Source: Wolbachia endosymbiont of Drosophila innubila
GTDB lineage: Bacteria > Pseudomonadota > Alphaproteobacteria > Rickettsiales > Anaplasmataceae
DNA: 32,000 nucleotides
Direction of reading: 5' to 3'
NCBI RefSeq assembly: GCF_021378375.1
Contig: NZ_CP076228.1
Location: forward strand, 150,001 to 182,000
A program made the position numbers and the translations under genes. Positions 28,531-32,000 of the stretch are shown piece after piece (positions within the stretch are counted from its first letter, which is position 1; every line of letters begins with the position of its first letter). The notes beneath the pieces were generated by a model. The model made no database searches. It was not told the origin of the DNA and worked only from the letters and a program-made list of their open reading frames with translations.

Positions 28531-28850
28531 CTACAATGTGCTATCGAAGTTCTCTGTAATCTTAGTTGGTTCTTCTAGAATATTCAAAATATCAGTTGCA
28601 CAATAAACCCGATCTCTCTTTCCTTGAGAAGTTTGTGAAACGATGCCTAAATCTTCAAGCTTTACGATTGCTCTTTGGGCTGTTGTAAATACGACACCTA
28701 AGTTTTCAACCACTTTCCTTATAGTAAAGTAAGGGTTTAAAGACTATTCACTAAATCATTGTCCCATTCAAATTTTGGTGGCAAGGGGCTTGGTATAAAT
28801 GCCTGATAACCAGCGAATACTTTGCCTGATGGTGATCCTTTAATATACAT
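28531..28850 (-). pseudogene. Fic-family protein remnant: N-terminal Fic_N-like piece joined to C-terminal winged-helix piece, Fic core deleted
   Basis: 28850 downward: MYIKGSPSGKVFAGYQAFIPSPLPPKFEWDNDLVNSL*. 28740 downward: PYFTIRKVVENLGVVFTTAQRAIVKLEDLGIVSQTSQGKRDRVYCATDILNILEEP. No HPFxxGNGR motif between them. Confidence 0.72.
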
Positions 28851-29110
28851 TCATTCAGCCTAGCACACTATTTTTATAGTATATATTATTTTCAAATAAA
28901 GTCAAAAATGAAAATAAGGCTTTATCTTATTTGCGTGCATGAAAATAAGAAACTCTCTTATTATTGATTTTGCTCAAAAACGAAAATAGAAGAAGCTGCT
29001 GAACTTTATATATCCTGTTTTTCTGGAGAACTGCTATAAAACTTCTGAGTGAAGTCACTTAATTTTTACACATCTATTGTAGAGTAAGAAGAACCGAATT
29101 TGAAACAAAA

Positions 29111-29817
29111 ATGCTAACTGATGCTTGGACTTTACTGACACTTACACTACTTGAAACTATACTTAGTGTAGACAATTTAATCTTTATTTCTCTAGCAATA
29201 GATAAGGTACCAAATGCGCTGAGAGAAAGAGTGCGCCTTATGGGCCTTGGATTAGCACTATTAATGCGTTTTGTAATACTATTTTTACATCATCTATATT
29301 ATCAATGCAAAAACCTATATTTCACACTGCATCAGCAAGGGATTTACTTATGATCGCAGGGGGATTATTCCTTATTGTTAAGAGCTCTATGGAGTTACGG
29401 GATGACATCTTTGTATGTAAGAAAAATAAAAAGAAAGCAAACGTTAAATCAAAATTTTTTTTAGTTGTGCTACAAATTATATTAATAGATTTAGTTTTTT
29501 CGGTTGATTCGATATTAACTGCTATAGCGCTAACTTATAACATGGTAATAATTGCTACAGAATTTACATTTTCCATGCTAGCAATGCTGTTTTTATCAAG
29601 TTATACCGCCCAGTTAATCAAATCTAACCCAGGGTTAAAAATAATCGCCATTTTATTTGTTTTACTTGTCGGTGTGTACCTCATACTTCATGGATTTCAT
29701 ATAGAATTACCAAAAGGATATTTGTATTCTTCATTTATGTTTGCACTGCTTGTGGAAATTATAAGCAAAATAAAGAAAATTAACCGTCATACCGCGATTC
29801 ATTCGCGGTATCTCTAG
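29111..29817 (+). pseudogene. TerC-family integral membrane protein, disrupted by a -1 frameshift at a T5 tract near 29282
   Basis: ORF1 29111-29353: MLTDAWTLLTLTLLETILSVDNLIFISLAIDKVPNALRERVRLMGLGLALLMRFVILF. ORF2 29305-29817: MQKPIFHTASARDLLMIAGGLFLIVKSSMEL...LIDLVFSVDSILTAIALT. Adding one T gives MRFVILFFTSSILSMQKPIFH in frame. Confidence 0.88.
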
Positions 29818-29842
29818 ATCCAGCTAACAAGCAGCGGGATCT
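29782..29842. repeat. Palindromic repeat unit overlapping the terC 3' end
   Basis: accgtcataccgcgattcattcgcggtatctctagatccagctaacaagcagcgggat. Confidence 0.8.
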
Positions 29843-29849
29843 TTTTGAT

Positions 29850-31412
29850 TTACTCCCACTCAATAGTTGCGGGTGGTTTAGAAGTGATATCATAAACAAC
29901 TCTATTTACTCCGGGAACATTATTAACAATTATACTGCCGACATTGCGTAAAAAATCCCAAAATACTAGCAAGTGTTGATCCTTATCTTCAAATGGAAAT
30001 GCATCGGCTGTCATACCATCAGATGATGTTACAGCCCTTAAAGCACAAACATATCCATACGTACGACCATCTCCCATAACGCCTACAGTTTTTATTGGTA
30101 ATAATACAGCAAAAGCTTGCCATATCTTATCATATAGATCGTAATTTTTCATCGTATTAATATATATTTCATCTACTTCTTGCAATATTTGCACCTTTTC
30201 TTTATCGACTTCACTTATAATCCTCACTGCAAGTCCGGGTCCAGGAAATGGATGTTGAAATATTATCTCGTCTGAAAGCCCAATTTCTTTTCCAAGTAGC
30301 CTTACCTCATCTTTAAAGAGGTAACGTAAAGGCTCCACTAACTTCAGATTCATCTTTTCTGGCAACCCACCAACATTATGGTGAGACTTAATTGTACTAG
30401 TGTTGTCTGAGGCATGCCCTGACTCAACTACATCAGAGTAGATGGTACCTTGCATCAAAAAATCCACATCACCTATTTTTTTTGCTTCTTCTTCAAACAC
30501 TTCAATAAAAGTGTTACCGATAATTTTTCGCTTTTCTTCTGGATCAGTTATTCCCTTCAACCTACTCAAAAATAAATTTGATTTATCAACGTAATTTATC
30601 GGAATCTCTTTCAACATAGCGATGGTTTGGTTCTTGCGTAACAACCCAGTATCGATAAAAATACAGTTCAATTGTTTTCCTATAGCTTTATGTGTGAGAG
30701 CCGCTGCAACGCTTGAATCAACCCCACCACTTACTGCAGCGATTACTTTTTTCTCTCCTACTACATTTTTGATTTTTTCCTTTTGCTCCTCAATAAACGA
30801 CTTCATTGTCCAGTCTCTTTTGCAATTTGCAATATCCAAGAAGTTAGAGAGCAATTTACTGCCATTTGTTGTGGGCTTAACCTCAGGATGGAACTGAGTA
30901 CAGTAAATCTTCCGCTGTTCGTTGACAATCATTGCAATTGTTTGATTTATCACACCTGATGCGATAACAGTAAACCCCTGTGGTATAGTATCAACACTGT
31001 CCGCATGGTTCATTAATACATCCACTTCAGAATTAACATCCCAGGTATCCTTTACAATGGGGGATTCTTTTAGTATCTTGATTTTAGTTCTACCAAACTC
31101 CTGTTTGAAACTCTCTTTTACTTTTGCTCCAAAATAATGACAAATGAGTTGCTGTCCATAGCATATTCCAAGTATAGGAACGCTTGTTGCCTCATTAAGT
31201 TTTATAATTTCATGTACTACTCTACTTATTTCAGAACAATCATCATTTACAGATTGTGGTCCTCCAGAGAGAATAAACCCATTGAATTTTGATATTGTTT
31301 CAAAACTGATGTTGCTTGGAAATATCTCACAATAAACACCCATTCCTCTTACTTGTCTTGCGATAAGCTGTGTAAACTGTGAACCAAAATCAATAATGGC
31401 AATTGCTGACAA
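29850..31412 (-). CDS. guaA: GMP synthase (glutamine-hydrolysing)
   Basis: 520 aa with [70 protein letters not shown] and a [24 protein letters not shown]-terminus. Confidence 0.98.
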   Translation of the reverse strand: MSAIAIIDFGSQFTQLIARQVRGMGVYCEIFPSNISFETISKFNGFILSGGPQSVNDDCSEISRVVHEIIKLNEATSVPILGICYGQQLICHYFGAKVKESFKQEFGRTKIKILKESPIVKDTWDVNSEVDVLMNHADSVDTIPQGFTVIASGVINQTIAMIVNEQRKIYCTQFHPEVKPTTNGSKLLSNFLDIANCKRDWTMKSFIEEQKEKIKNVVGEKKVIAAVSGGVDSSVAAALTHKAIGKQLNCIFIDTGLLRKNQTIAMLKEIPINYVDKSNLFLSRLKGITDPEEKRKIIGNTFIEVFEEEAKKIGDVDFLMQGTIYSDVVESGHASDNTSTIKSHHNVGGLPEKMNLKLVEPLRYLFKDEVRLLGKEIGLSDEIIFQHPFPGPGLAVRIISEVDKEKVQILQEVDEIYINTMKNYDLYDKIWQAFAVLLPIKTVGVMGDGRTYGYVCALRAVTSSDGMTADAFPFEDKDQHLLVFWDFLRNVGSIIVNNVPGVNRVVYDITSKPPATIEWE

Positions 31413-31529
31413 TTTGCTCCTCCATATTATTTAAAATGATATCTGATAATAAAGAAAATAATGGAGTAAGTAAACCAAGACCTGTTTAAAAGCTTTAACG
31501 CGTGGTACAAGTTAGCTATATAGCTAATT

Positions 31530-31850
31530 TTCCTACACCATACCGCTGCGGCGCTAACTAGTAGCGGAATGACAGCAATCTACGTCATACCGCCGCAGTA
31601 TCTCAGCCGCTAACAAGTAGCGGGATTATCTTCATGCTGCCACGAACCGTCATACCACCGCGAACCGTCATACCGCGATTCATTCGCGGTATCTCAGCCG
31701 CTAACAAGAGATCCCGCTAACAAGCAGCGGGATGACGAGGTATAAACTTTATCGTCATGCCACCGCGAACCGTCATACCGCGATTCATTCGCGGTATCTC
31801 GGCCGCTAACAAGTAGCGGGATGACGATTGTCGTTTAGCCATAAATATTT
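31530..31850. repeat. Cluster of four or more palindromic repeat units in tandem-like array
   Basis: Repeated gtcataccgcgattcattcgcggtatctc[a/g]gccgctaacaagtagcgggatgacg modules with partial units between them. Confidence 0.85.
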
Positions 31851-32000
31851 AAGAAATTTACCAAATGAAAAAAAAGGCAAAAGAAGCCCCGTAATTGGCT
31901 AATTACTTACATTATACTTTCAAGTATGGCGTTTTTTTATTCTAAACGCTTAATAACCGCGACTCAGCTGCTTTTAAATGCAACTAACCTTAGCTATAAA
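31840..32000. repeat. Diverged third relative of the ~500 bp dispersed repeat (copy C, runs off the window)
   Basis: gtcgtttagccataaatatttaagaaatttaccaaatgaaaaaaaaggcaaaagaag is shared with copies A and B; the following sequence is only partly similar (gcgttttttattctaaacgcttaat...gctgcttttaaatgcaactaac). Confidence 0.75.

Noticed and set aside
28861-29105. Possible extra gene between the Fic remnant and terC
   Set aside because: AT-rich with stops in all frames and no recognisable motif in my translations.
30622-30897. Plus-strand ORF inside guaA
   Set aside because: Antisense shadow ORF of a highly conserved gene.
31530-31850. Possible CRISPR array
   Set aside because: Repeat units are palindromic, unequal and partly overlapping, have no unique spacers of constant length, and recur singly elsewhere in the window. 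No cas genes are present.
1-32000. Search for a complete novel defence, toxin-antitoxin or cytoplasmic-incompatibility-type system
   Set aside because: No adjacent gene pair with unexplained conserved co-orientation was found. Nearly all long ORFs map to housekeeping families or mobile elements, and no cif-, RelE- or CRISPR-like sequences were recognised.
1-32000. tRNA, rRNA or other housekeeping ncRNA genes
   Set aside because: No cloverleaf-like or rRNA-like sequence was recognised by eye in the intergenic regions. tRNAscan-SE and Infernal runs would be needed to exclude small RNAs.

Overview
The window looks like a stretch of Wolbachia (Rickettsiales, Alphaproteobacteria) chromosome. The identification rests on recognised gene content (hemB, nuoH, nuoG, a type-4 uracil-DNA glycosylase, def, ftsA, map, MFS, rsmH, ftsL-like, NDUFS4-like, rplY/ctc, pth, ubiH-like, mrp/apbC, nitronate monooxygenase-like, coaE, rnd, mutS, terC, guaA) and on dense palindromic intergenic repeats. 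Mobile or accessory material includes an IS481-family element with 24-bp terminal inverted repeats, an IS110 C-terminal remnant, a frameshifted IS3-family element with about 30-bp inverted repeats, and a group II intron 3' remnant (RT C-terminal/HNH, D5, D6) joined to the 3' part of an Rpn/PD-(D/E)XK-like gene. There are also an ankyrin/membrane protein gene, a collapsed Fic gene, a ~500-bp duplicated intergenic repeat and several MITE-like repeats. The most notable signal is a cluster of three single-base (-1) frameshifts in rnd, mutS and terC within about 7 kb. The mutS and terC lesions sit in short homopolymers, which could mean mismatch-repair loss with ongoing decay or systematic sequencing error. 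I found no convincing evidence for a complete, previously undescribed defence or toxin system. There is no CRISPR array, no prophage module and no complete novel operon. The least explained protein is the orphan 209-aa ORF at 16322-16951.
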